Positions 13,011 to 25,413 of a DNA stretch of 64,000 bases are shown here, piece after piece (within the stretch, counting starts at the first letter, position 1; each line of letters starts with the position of its first letter). The notes under the pieces are model-generated. The model had not been told where the DNA came from, ran no database searches, and saw nothing but the letters and a program-made list of their open reading frames with translations. A program made the translations under genes and the position numbers. Origin of the DNA: Marsupella aquatica. Lineage: Eukaryota; Plantae; Marchantiophyta. The stretch spans positions 2,607,223-2,671,222 of the forward strand of contig OZ316892.1 in assembly GCA_973895155.1 (NCBI GenBank). The letters run 5' to 3'.

Positions 13011-14101
13011 CGAAATGTACCCAGTATGTAACATTTGTATTGTTCGCCTTCATGATGCGATGCAATCCTTTCTACCGACCTTGATGAATTGAATTTCCAG
13101 GTTCTTTGAAATGAACACTTAGTGACTCGTCGCGTTGGAAGTATGGTTGGAAATGTCTCATCACCTGAAAGGCCCAGTCGTTCAGTTGCAGCCATCTCTC
13201 TAATTGCATACTTTGTTCACGACAGGTCTGGTCACTCATCCCCGTGCACATGGAGAAGAAACAAAGCATAATATACTAAAGGAATCCTAAATGTTGTATG
13301 AAACGAAATGAAATGAGATGAGAGATCTATGTTCTCAATACCTCTCTTCAAGGAAGAGTTTGGCCATAACAATGTGGCATACCGGGTGCAAATGTATTAA
13401 CTAGTTTAATGCGTTTCTTCAGTCATTAGTCTGTATGCTTCACCTGCATAAAGGAACCCAGCAAAGTATGCAATTTTAGAGATGGCTCGGAAACCAAGTT
13501 TTTAACTAGCACGAGACTAAGTTTGCTAGGTGGACATTCAGGGGTTTTTCCTCGAACGAGAAAAAGTATGGTATTGTGGAGAAATTCCTCACAGCCTGTT
13601 TGCTCACAGGGTAATGATAGCTTGCTGGGGTCTGGCCTAACAAATTGGAGGCTTAATCAAAATCTTTTACCAAGGCTTCTCACCCATTTGGAGGCTTGTT
13701 ATGGACTCAGTCTAAACAAAATGCTTTACTTCCCAGTCAATTCATGGAAACAAAGTACTAAGCAGAGGGAATGAGTCACTTGCAAAATTAGAGCACCATC
13801 AGAGGCGGTGTTTTATGATGCTGTATGATACAAACAGAGGAATTTTACGATAGCTAGTCAGAGGAATGGTCCAAAACGCCTTTTGATTGAATTTATGATA
13901 GCCAGTCACAGGAATAGTCCAAAAGGCTTCTTGATTTGTACTGACTTTTCTATTTCTAATGCATTTTTAACGCTCCATATGGCTAGTAACCCTAAACTGT
14001 AGCTAACCAAACGAGGAATCCCATTACTGGGTTTAGTTAAAAAACAACACAAAAGTAAATAACCCTAGCAAAGTGGTAACAGTTAAGTTTTTTTTTCTCC
14101 G

Positions 14102-14279
14102 TTGAGAAAAAAGTATGTTGTGAGGAATTATTTCCAATTATTTGCATGTTACAAGTACCTTTGAGAAAAAAAGTATGTTGTGAGGAATTATTTCCAATTA
14201 TTTGCATGTTACAAGTACCTTTGAGAAAAAAGTATGTTGTGAGGAATTATTTCCAATTTGCTTGCATGTTACAAGTACC
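14102..14279. repeat. ~60-bp tandem repeat, 3 near-identical copies
   Basis: TTGAGAAAAAA(A)GTATGTTGTGAGGAATTATTTCCAATT...TGCATGTTACAAGTACC x3. Confidence 0.95.
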
Positions 14280-14359
14280 CCATCAGCATCAAACTCCAAA
14301 TTAGATGCAGCAATATCAGCATCAACGTATCCAGACTAGATCCAGCACGAACACACTAA

Positions 14360-14700
14360 GTGTAAGCCAAGACTATATAATGATATAAAAATTTAAATCT
14401 CATCCAATGACAAGTTGTGGCAATTGCATTAACCCTTCAACAAACCAGTATTTCAATAGAATTGAGAATAGACGGGTGTAATCCAAGATCATTAAATGAT
14501 ACAAACTTTAAATCTCACGCAATGAAAAGTTCTGGCCATGGTATTAACCCTTCATCAAACTAGTATATCAATACAGTTGAGAATAGACCAGTGTAATCCA
14601 AGACTAGTAAATGATATAAAACTTTAAATCTCATGCAATGAAAAGTTGTGGCCGCTGCACTAACCCTTCATCAAACTAGTATTTTAATAAAGTTGAGAAT
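14360..14700. repeat. ~116-bp tandem repeat, 3 copies
   Basis: GTGTAA(T/G)CCAAGA...TTTAAATCTCA...TAACCCTTCA..AAAC.AGTAT...TTGAGAATA units start at ~14360, ~14476 and ~14591. Confidence 0.85.
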
Positions 14701-16748
14701 ATATCTCTGAGTCTCATGAGATTAGGGCAAAATAAAGACTGAGAAATGAAAGAGGCAAGTGCACTTACTCATGGGTTTAGCATGGGTGACACAACAGGTC
14801 AGGCACAGAAAAACACAAAACAAGGTGAATGGAGAGATCCACTTGACTTCTCTATGAGCCAACACTGCCTTGCCCAATACTCGCCAGGGAGGCCCTATTG
14901 GGAAAGCATTGTTTGCGATAGTTAATTTACATGCTTCCGGGTTTTGTAAGTAACTTTTCCCAGATGCATGTTTGCATCCATTGAAAATCATCTTCATGTT
15001 GTGAAGACTTCAATTTTGGGAAGATGCAGGTGGAGAGATTGCGCTCCAATTTCCCTGTAGGTGGAGAGATTGTGCTCATTCTGTTGTTCATGGGACAATC
15101 GCATATTATGCCTAACTCGAGCAATCCAGACACTAACATTGTCCAATGCTGCTCGGCAGATCCTCATTCTAGCCGCTTCAATTTTCAAACGATAGAGTGC
15201 ACACAACAACTGTCCGGTCCTTTCGGGCATGCTCACCAAGCTTCTCGTGCTCACATCAAAAGATTTCAGTGAACAGAGATTTCCGATGCTATCTGGTCCC
15301 CAGAGAATCGGCCCATATTACTAAACCCGCCAGTGCAGACGACTGGTACCTTCTAGCATGCTCACCAAGCTCCTCCCGTTGATATCCAATGTGTTCAGTG
15401 AAGAGAGATTTCCAATGCTATCCAGCAGCGTCTCCAGAGAATGGGCCCTCATAATTAAACGTTCCAGTGCACGCAACTGTCCAGTACTTCCTGGCATGCT
15501 CAACAAACTTCTCACGATGATATCCAATGCTTTCAGTGAAGCGAGATTCCGAAATTTCTCTTCGACTCAGGTAACTGTCCAAAAGTGGACGGTGGGTTTC
15601 TCAAGCTTTTCAAAGCAATGTCCGGATCTGTTAGTGAAGACAGTCGTGCAGTACTCTCAGTGATGCTCACCAAGCTCCTCGTGTTAGGAGCCAACATTTT
15701 CAGTGAATACAGATTCCCGAAACTATCCCAGAGCGAGAATCGCTATAAATGCGTGAAACCCACCAAGCCGATCACCTCAACATTTCCGAAGCTGTCGAAA
15801 AGCTTCTTCAGATTGCTACCCACAATATGCAAAGTTTGTAGTGAGGTCATTACCCAAAGCATTAATGAAAAAAGACAATACCTGACATGTGGAAAGTGAG
15901 ATCACTTAGCGAAAACAACTGTCCCACAGTCTCGGGGAGAGCCTCAACCCCACTGACACCAGGTAATGAGATTCTCTCCAGCCGAGTAAGATCTCCGAGA
16001 CTGTCGAGGAAACCCGTCACTGTTGGACATGACCGTATGTCCAAAATCTGGAGAGACGAGAGCTGGCCCACACTCTCGGGTAGCACTTCCATATCACCTA
16101 AGACATTATACAAGTTCTTGAGATCCCGGAGTCGCCAGATGTTTCTGTCTGGCAAGCTCTTTAATCGAAAAGCCCGCCTAATGTCGACTCCTCCGATGCC
16201 GAGAGCGACCCGAATGAAGCAGGCAGCCTGTGGAGATCCAATTCCCACAGCTCCCCAAATTGTCTGGAAGGTCTTTCAACGAGTTGAGGGACGAAATGCG
16301 GATGTTGGTGAGGTTCCCCAGTGCTTCCGGGAACCCTTGGAGAATTTACAACTAAGTTCCAAGACTGCAAAATTGCTCACTTCGTTGGCCTTATCTGCGG
16401 GAATAATGGTGGTGAGTTTAGGATTGACAACTTCCAATCCAGTATAGCTTCGTTGGGAATTTTTTAACCGAAACTATGGGCAGTACCCACTTGGCCTCCA
16501 GCTACGTTCATTTTCTCAATTCACGAGTAAGTAAAATTTGCTTGCCCCTGTGCTCCCCTCTGCCCCCACCGTGAGCCTAGGCTTACAATTTCTGTGTCTT
16601 CATCAACCTGCTGATATCACTCTCAAGTGAGTCTATCTTGAACTTCTTTGTAGGTTTTATCTTTAAATCTCCTGTAAATTTTACATATCTTAAACCACTG
16701 AATATCATCTCCATTAGTCTAGGTGAGCAATCTAAGGTACGAAGAAAC

Positions 16749-16838
16749 TTTCACTAGGATGTAATTGGATATATGACAAAAGCAATGGCCAGAACCCTTT
16801 CACTAGGATGTAATTGGATATATGACAAAAGCCATGGC
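16749..16838. repeat. 49-bp direct duplication
   Basis: TTTCACTAGGATGTAATTGGATATATGACAAAAGC.ATGGC occurs twice. Confidence 0.85.
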
Positions 16839-17169
16839 AAAATCCCTTTCTGTAAAAAACACTAGAGGTTTGCTCACTGTTTCAAGGTTAAGATAACGGC
16901 ATTGGATCGAAGCATGCATCCTGGATTTATGATAGCTTATCAGTAGTAAGATGTGACTCACCTCATCAGCATTTAGGTAGTCTAATGATGTGCCAAATGC
17001 CTCCATATGATCAACATTTAGATAATCCATAGATGTGTCAATGGCTCATATGGACTGCAATTGATCACCACATAACTATTTGCAAGAATTGCAGTCAGGA
17101 CCCCTAGCTGTTCATGCACCAAAATAGTTCTGAATTGGAGCTAATTCCTTCAACAAATACAACTAATGT

Positions 17170-17850
17170 ATCAAATAGCCACTTGCACAGAACAATGATT
17201 TCATAACTTCAAAGAAGAAGTTGCCTCCATACCAATATTATCGGCAACCAGGTAGGGAGAAAGTCCCCAAAGTTTGCAAACAGCCAGCTCCGATGCAAAT
17301 TACTGATCTCATTGAACTCTTGATTCAATCGTGCTGCAGCTGTGCTTAAAGTTTCAAAGAATGTCAACAGCGGCTCATTCATTCTGTTGGCCCATTTCTT
17401 GCCAATCGCTCCCCAATTGACCTTCCTCTTGCACTGTCAAGAAACGTCCTCAATTTATATCTCGGAAGCTCTTGGCTCAAGTTGATCCTCGGATGTGCCT
17501 GGACGGTGGCATACCTCTTTTATTACAAGTCCTCCAAAGGTATGGCCCACAAGTATGACCGGACAAATTGGATCTTGTCCGACGATATGCTACATAAGGT
17601 CAGACACCAAGTCCTCATTTGCAAGCTTTTCTATATCGCTGCACTGTATGAGGCAGTTAAGACATGGGCACGAGGAAAATCCTCAACTAGCCACTTCCGT
17701 GGCCAGATACAAGACTCAGCCGCACTTTTCCAGGTTGAAACATTGGAATAGTGATCCAATTGCAAACCATGGGAGAACATATCTGCAGGCGTGGAGTTCC
17801 GGTTGGCTTGTAGCGTTCGTACAGAGAGTCATTCACCTGTTCTTTCCTAG
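17170..17850 (-). pseudogene. Decayed SERAC1-like alpha/beta-hydrolase domain, the likely N-terminal part of an HNL (hydrolase-NLR) pseudogene
   Basis: Hand translation across frameshifts gives FSHGLQL..STWKS..CIWPRKWLVEDFPRAHVLTASY..PVILVGHTFGGLVIKEVC..LLTFFETLSTAAARLNQEF. The nucleophile-elbow motif is at ~17530-17547. It lies on the same strand as, and upstream of, the LRR relic. Confidence 0.75.
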
Positions 17851-18964
17851 AGCTACTAAAAGAGATGAGACGAATCATGTCAAACTGTAGAGAAGGCCAA
17901 AGACGAGGACTAAGGTTGTGAATGACCTGTGTGATATCCGAATGCTTAGGAACTTGTGGAGTTCTTGAAGAGGAGGCTCCATGACTTGACATCCAGCTTC
18001 GCTAAACTGAAAAAATAGTTGATCAATCAAACATGAGCTTGTACCTCTCTTACTTTCCAAAAACTGATCAGAGACAGAGTGGACCTTTGGTTGCACCCCA
18101 ACACTCCATGTTGTAGTGTGCATATCGATCCTCTATACGTTTTGAGCTTGGCTGTGGTTATAGGGTGATGACCCCTTCTTAAGATATCAAGATTTTGTCT
18201 CATGAGCCCCAAGCATGCTCTGTGTTCTGTGCTCTGTAAAGTTTGCTAACTACTGCACCCGAGTTGACAGACGCAGTCCTTCAAATGATCACCATCGGAT
18301 CGATCTGCACTGGACCTGGCCTCTATACGATAGCTGCCAAGGCTGAGCTGCACTAAGAGCTTCGATTAACATCCACTGCGGCCACTGTCAATTCTCTTTG
18401 TGCACCGTTTCTCACAGACAAATTGACGGGATTGATAGTGGATGGGTAGTTTGAGCATGAAGCTGGGTAAGGAAGAAACTTCTAGGTGCAGACCAATCGT
18501 TCAAAAGCAACGAACATTCAGTGCAAGGAACTACAGGAGCAGCAGGAGTACGAGAATGATGAGGAATTGAAGACGGCTCCGACTGCACGCAAAGCATTGC
18601 ATAGAAATTTCCAAGCTTTGGAACTGACTGTGGAAGAATGCGGCCAAGGGATTTGACTTTTTGATTGATTTTTCCAGGACACAGACAATTATATAGCAGT
18701 CATCCCCTGGCCAGACACTCTCTAGCCAGGGCCCAAGATTTACAGTTTGGTAGAGGAATGGAATTAAATGGCAAGTAAAAGGTAGGTCGATCAGTTGCTT
18801 AAACCTCGGGAGTGGTCTGTTCTTAGTCAATTGTCCAACAGGGTTCTCAAACCTCATAATTTGATTTAAGTTAAAGGTTGCTAACATAAAGTTATGGACT
18901 ACCAAATTCATGATACATGATAGTTTTTTGCCATGAAAATTAGTTGTATGCCATGACCATAACT

Positions 18965-19059
18965 TTTTTTTTCACCAAAACCCCCCACCCAGGGGAGAAC
19001 CGCCCAGGAAGAAACCCCCAGGGCCAGCGGCAACAGCAGGCCAAAAACAGGAAAAGCAA
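18965..19059 (-). mobile_element. 5'-truncated non-LTR retroposon (LINE/SINE) 3' stub with poly(A) and 15-bp TSD
   Basis: GCCATGACCATAACT at 18950-18964 and 19060-19074 flanks a 95-bp insert that starts with a T-run on + (an A-tail on -). Confidence 0.85.
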
Positions 19060-22000
19060 GCCATGACCATAACTAAGTGTACCCACTAGTGAATTTTTTT
19101 ATTTACACAACCCTGTGAAAAAACCATTGCCAAAAGGGATCATCTCTAACTATAAAGCTTTGAGATACCCTAATAAATTGAAAGGGTTGGCAATAAGAGG
19201 GCACTACAAGGCTGGGGTCACACCTTGTTCTAAAGAGACTAGAGACCCAATATCTTTTGAAATGAAATTCAGTGGATGCAAATCCCTGAAGGGGAGGAGC
19301 CAAGTTTGGATATGTTTGGACCACCTCGAATCTTTTGAAATGAAGTTACAAATCCCTCAGTCGAAAGAAGGAGCCAAGTTTGGAGAGGTGGTCCAAAATT
19401 CTGTACAAAATAAACACTAACCATCAGCATTTACTTGAGCCCAATGTTTACCACATAGGATTGGTAGACAGCTCACCTAAATGGGCCCCCGAGTTATTGT
19501 AAAGCCAACTCCAGCAGTTTCCACTCAATATGCAAGCAGGAGAATTTGGGTACGTTATAGAGAAGAATGGACAGTCCAGATTTGGACCAGGGCATTACAA
19601 AACTTCTCCCCTACTTTTACAATTTTTATTTTATTTTAAATCTCTATTGTCTCTAAGGGAGGCTATACAAGAACAAGAGGATGGACAAGTCTTCCTTTTC
19701 TAGACTCAGATGTCAGACATCTCAACCATTATTGTAAGGTGGATGACCATTCTTTGACTGTAGAAGGTTCTAGTGGCCATTTCAGCACTGGTGTGCCTGA
19801 ATCTGTACCCCCAAGGCTGTATTGCTCATCTTCTGTCAAATTGCAGTTAGGTCTGCACTTATCAATCTTTTCCTGAATGGTGCCTGCGGTATGGTTTTGA
19901 TACAAGTGCAAATTAACTTTTACCGTACAGTCTACCATGTCGAAGTGCAGTCTCTTGGGAAGACACCCCGAGCCTACACTTCTCCACGGTATGCACTACC
20001 CAACAAGTGCAGGAGTTAGTTTTATAAACGTCTGGGTATGTGCACAATCACAAATTGCAATAATACAATTTAACCACTTAGAGAAAGAAATCAGGGCTTG
20101 ACCAGCTACACACTTCCATGCACCCTAAACCCAAACCATATGCTCAATCACAAAGAGTTTGGAGGTTAGCATCACAATCTGGATTTGCAATGTCATCCTG
20201 AACCTTATGTCAGGTCCCACACCCTAAAGTCCTTGGCACCCTAAATCACCATACAGCCCCTTACACTAGATAAGTGCATGTAAGTACTCTCTCTAATTGT
20301 TGCAAGCTCTTATCAACAAAAGCACCTTGTGTACTCTCTGAACTAATTGATAAATGCACTTAATATATATATTTGTTGTTTAGTGAATTTCAAGACACTT
20401 GTGAAAACTCCATTTTTTGGTGCATAGAAAACTTTAATAATATGGGACTATGACCAGCCTCCACTTAACCCAGAAGTGCAATTATCCATGTTGCTCTTAG
20501 CCATTGTGAACTGTACCAATTACTGTACTGGAAGTGTATCCACTTCTTTTACTCTCCACAAGACTGTAAATCATGTTTTCTCCTGAAGCATGGAGGGACC
20601 TCTAGGTTTTCTAAAATGCTCCTATGGGATTTTGATATCCTGATGGACCACATTTCACCCACAATTGTGGTGTAAATCATGTTTTTTCCTGAGACCAGAT
20701 GAACTTTTAATTTTGCCAAATAGCTCCCACTGAATTTTGTAACTTGGATGGGCCTCATAATGTCATAAAACCAATGAATGACTACTATATCCCAGTTGGG
20801 TCGTTTCTCTCTGCTGTCCATGGATCCATCATAATCTTATTCTGTATTTAGGGTTTACTTTCTGAACTAAGTATGCCACATATTCATCGTTTCGATCACC
20901 AGACCAATGCCATTGTGTTGCCCAGTCATTGTCGCTGCCAGCTTCGTCATTGCAGTCGGGTCGTGGGTGGAAGTCAATTGTTGTTTTGAGTTGTTTGTCA
21001 TTGCAGCCATGTGGTTGGTACAGAAGCATTGCTGTCTTAGTGGTGTGATTGGTGCGGTCTTGTTCTGTTTGCAGAAGTGTCATTGTTTTTGCTTGGTGAT
21101 TGTTGCTACAAAATGGACATCCACCACCCTAGGTCCAGAGCCCACATGCCTTCAATCGCAACCTACTGGATTCCCAGATTTGTACCTAAAGTTACCAGAA
21201 CATGGTTAAGGTTATTGGTGCTATACCACCTTTCATATTTTGTCTTATTCAGATTTTGTGTTCAGTACTTTGATTTTAATGTGCCTTAACTAGGTGAATC
21301 ACTTGTATTAATTTGCTTTTGCATTAACTTTTGGACCCCTTTTAATGTATTTGGCTCCCTCATAAATGTTTAATTTTTCCTTTTCAATCACTCCTTGGTG
21401 AATTATCTTTTTTCTCATGAGAGTAAGAGAAATGAGTTTGAACAGTGTGCACATCAGGTGTACTAAGTTCCCTCCTTGGTTTTCTCACAAAATTTATGGT
21501 TTTAATTGAGTTTATTGTCATTACCTAGAATACTGTATGTGCACAACTCTTTGTACTTTTTTGGTCATCATGTGTTTTTTTTGCATGTGTACTATGTCAC
21601 TTACTCTTAATTAACAAATATTAATTTCTTGGCATATACTTGACATGTACCTACTGGTATTATCATAAAATAAATCAAATGAATTACATATCACTACAGG
21701 ACAAAAAGCAAGGCATGTTCCCGGATGAACAATCATGCTATTTTGGTTAAGTGTTGTGTTAAGTAAACAACCACTACTTATAAATAACATGCACATGTGC
21801 AACCAACAAGCACACAAGCAGTTGACACAGGAGATAAGTAAAAGGTTCACCTCCAAGAGGCTACATTCTTGGGAACACTCAAGACAGGTTTGACTATATA
21901 CTAAACTTGTGGACCATATCAAGTCTCCATAGACTGAGCTCTCTCTATCTTTTAGATGGCTATATAACAATGATCTAAATTTCACTCGTTAACTAAGTTT

Positions 22001-22339
22001 ACTAGTGAATATAGTAGAGTAGTAGCACGTGTAACCTTAACCAAGTACTACATTCACTACAGTAGTAAGATTTATTGGACTGTCTTTTATCAATAAGTGT
22101 TCATGTACACTTATCAAGGGCTTGTACTTGTAAAGTTGTACTCTAGAGAACAATTTTCATGCCTGTTTGAAAGGTGCAAAGCGGGAAAACTTGGGTTGTA
22201 AACTAAAAGGAAGGATGAGACGTCTTGCAGCTAGGATAGTTATGAACTTATGTATTTTGCACTTACATAAAGACAACTGTAGTCAATCCAACAGGACATC
22301 TTGCAGTTATCCTTGTGCACTTAGAGAGAACTGTAGTAA

Positions 22340-23365
22340 ATCTGCTAACCTTGGTTTGCACTTATGAATTTTGCACTTGCAGAGAGACAATTGTAATAAA
22401 TCCAATTGGATGCCTTGCAGTTAGCTTGCTTTGGCACTTATGGATTGTGCACTTAGGGAGAAATGCCTGTAGTAAATCTAGCAGAATGGGATGCCTTGCA
22501 GTTATCCTCATTTGGCACTTATGGATTGTGCACTTATAGAGAGACAATTGTAGTAAATCTAGTGGGAAGGATGCCTTGCAGGTATCCTAGTTTGGAACTT
22601 ATGGATTATGCACTTACAGAGACACTACTAGTAAATCTAGGGGGACCGGATGCCTTGCAGTTAGCCTGGTTTGGCACTTATGGATTGTGCACTCAGGGAG
22701 AAACTACTGTAGTAAGTCTAGCGGGACAGGATGCCTTGCAGTTATCCTAGTTTGGCACTGATGGATTGTGCACTTAGTGAAAGACAATTGTATTAAATCT
22801 AGCGGGACAGGATGCCTTGCAGTTAGCCAAGTTTGGCACTTATGGATTGTGCACTTAGGGAGAAACTACTGTAGTAAATCTAGCAGGACAGGATGCCTTG
22901 CAGTTAGCCTGGTTTGGCACTGATGGACTGTGCACTTAGGGAGAAACTACTGTAGTAAATCTAGCGGGACAGGATGCCTTGCAGTTAGATTGGTGTGGCA
23001 CTTATGGATTGTGCCCTTAGAAAGCGACAATTGTAGTAATTCTAAAAGGGAGGGATGCCTTGCAGTTATCCTGTTTTGGCACTTATGGATTGCACTTAGA
23101 GAGAGACAATTGTAGTAAATCTGAAAGGGACGGGATACCTTGCAGTTAGCCATGTTTGGCACTCATGGATTGTGCACTTAGGGAGAAACTACTCTAGTAA
23201 ATCTAGTGGATGCCTTGCAATTAGCCATGTTTGGCACTCATGGGTTGTGTACTTAGGGAGAACGACTGTCGTAAACCTAGTAAATCAGGACGGGATGCCT
23301 TGCAGTTAGCCAAGTTTGGCACTTATGGATTGTGCACTTAGGGAGAAACGACTGTAGTAAATCTT
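22340..23365. repeat. 81-bp tandem array, ~12-13 copies, upstream of the CTL gene
   Basis: GGATGCCTTGCAGTTA...TTTGGCACTTATGGATTGTGCACTTA...TGTAGTAAATCTAG. The anchor recurs at 22810, 22891, 22972 and 23053 (81-bp period). Confidence 0.95.
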
Positions 23366-25413
23366 GCGTCCAGTAGATTTGGTCTTTCACCCCTCCACGT
23401 GGTCGGCGATCTCCACAACGTTGACTGGATTGCAAGTCAGAATGATGAGCTACAGTCGGAAGAAATGTCGTCGCAGCTAGAGAGTGATGAGCTCGAGGGA
23501 ATTCTTTTGCTTCGCCATCCCTGGCGAGTCCCGGAAGCCTCGACGCAGCATCCTGACCTGACCCCACGGAACTACGGAAGACTGATCAATGATCATGGAT
23601 CGAGTCGTTTCACATGAAAGCATTCCGGACAAGCAATCGACGGCACTGTACACAAAGTACTACTGCTGTAAAGTATGCCTTTGTCCCCAACTCTCACAAA
23701 GTCACAAAGAAGTTTGGTGGGTGGGTGGTTTGATCGAGAAGAGAGCATCGGCATGCATGCATTCATTCATTCATTGATTCCTCCTTCCCTCCATCTCAAG
23801 CGGTTCGTCGACTGCTCTCCTATGGTGCCCCCTCTCTCTCTAGAATAGTCCAATCTCTCCTTGCCGACCCATCTGCTTTGCGTTCTGGAGTGATTGGACG
23901 CCATTCTGCTTTGCTCTCTAGCTTCTGATTTGATTTGATGATCTGGGGGTCGTTGTGGTGCCGGCCGCCATCTCAGGTGCTGTGGATCGAGTTTCGTTCG
24001 TCATCAGGAGAAGGTGAAATTATAACGGCTCTGCGACTAGTAACGCTCGGGCCCGCTTTGGGTTTCTAAACGCGTGAATCTTTCGAGTGAATGCCTTCAG
24101 CTTTGTGGTACTTGTGTGCTGTTTTCGTTGCCGCGAGATGTCATGTGAAATAATTTCGTGTGTATGAGCTCGAGGTTGTTAGGAAGCGAATCGCACAGAG
24201 CCAAGGGGAAGAATTTGTCAAATTTCCAATGTGAGGGGGAGGTGATCTATGGCTCGAAATGTCCAGAGTCTTACCTTTATGATTGAATTGAACGTCAGTG
24301 TGCCTTAGGAGGGATCCTCCTAAGTTCATCTGGTGGGGATCTGAGCGAGTAGAGCAGTTAGAGGAAGAAAGGGGTGTTTTTGGAGAGTCCTCGGAATTGG
24401 CCCATTACCGCAGAGAGATGGAGAGTTAAAAAAGGACATGTTTCCACACAAATTTCTAGGAGCTATCCGACCAGAATTCCAGCACCTTGGATGACGAAGT
24501 TTGAGAAACAAGTTTGTTCCAATCCAATCGAATGCACCATATTCTGTGACGGTTCCGTCCGAGAACCGTTAAGAGTTGTCGTTAGAGCTCCTTTGTCTCA
24601 GTAGTTTGAGCGCAAAACAGTTCTCTCAGTTTGTCACCGTTGAACTAATACCAAGAGAGCTCTGTCGACTGGCTTGCAGGTGACAGTCACTCATGTGAAA
24701 TATCAACTGGATTGCCAGTTTCTGGGACCCATTCGTGAGAGCAGTCCCTGACGACGAATGGCCATTTTGGATGGGGAGCAGCGTGCACTTACATGGACCT
24801 GTAGCTCATAAACGGAGGCGGCAGGGAGTTGTGGAAATAGGGAACTGGGTGATGGGAGTGTTTTGAATTAGTTACATAGATTTCGGAATTGTCTAGATCT
24901 GAGAATTGGCGGGGACTTGCAATCTTCGGCAATAATTTGACTGGCTCGGCCTCTGTTTTGACAAGGACGGAGATAGACTCTCGTACGATTGTGCGCAGTA
25001 TACCAGTGCACAATATCTTTTATGCATTCTCCAGACTAATCGGTTTGCAAGCTGGAGACGGGAAGGATGCTGCTTTTGGACATGGAGAATTGCAGACACA
25101 GGAAATGAACTATAGTAGGACACTCGAGTAAGCTCTTGCGTCGTTGAGGCGTTGGAAATTTCACATACCAGCATTATTCTTAAAACCCCGTGCACCGTAT
25201 CGTCCTATCAGGCTTTTGGACCTGATTATGAAAGACGTACTGGGAATAGTTTCGGTAATTGGTGCAGCGGAAGGCTTTCTTTGGTGATGCAACCTTTGGA
25301 TCTGCATTGGTGAACGCGTCCGAGATTTAGCCCTCCAAAGTTGAAATGTTTTGAAATAGTTTGGGTAGAGCAAAACGACTGTAGCACTTTTCAAGTAGCA
25401 ACGGTGTGTAGAC

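Larger units (their letters stand above)
12300..16380 (-). pseudogene. Decayed NLR-type leucine-rich repeat region
   Basis: Plant NLR-type LRR units, e.g. LPESVGQLSSLQILDIRSC..LDSLGDLTRLERISL..LPETVGQLFSLSDL (15862-16248), repeated SLVSMPxSTGQL units at 15.0-15.7 kb and further LRR-like remnants at 12.6-13.0 kb. There are many frameshifts and stops. Boundaries are approximate. Confidence 0.8.

Noticed and set aside
19420-20020. Possible Ulp1-protease remnant (LPILCGKHW on the - strand)
   Set aside because: It is a single short motif among stops, and no QxNxxDCG motif was found.
22340-23365. CRISPR-like appearance of the regular arrays (also 39636-40556)
   Set aside because: Whole units are repeated with no unique spacers, there are no cas genes, and the context is eukaryotic.
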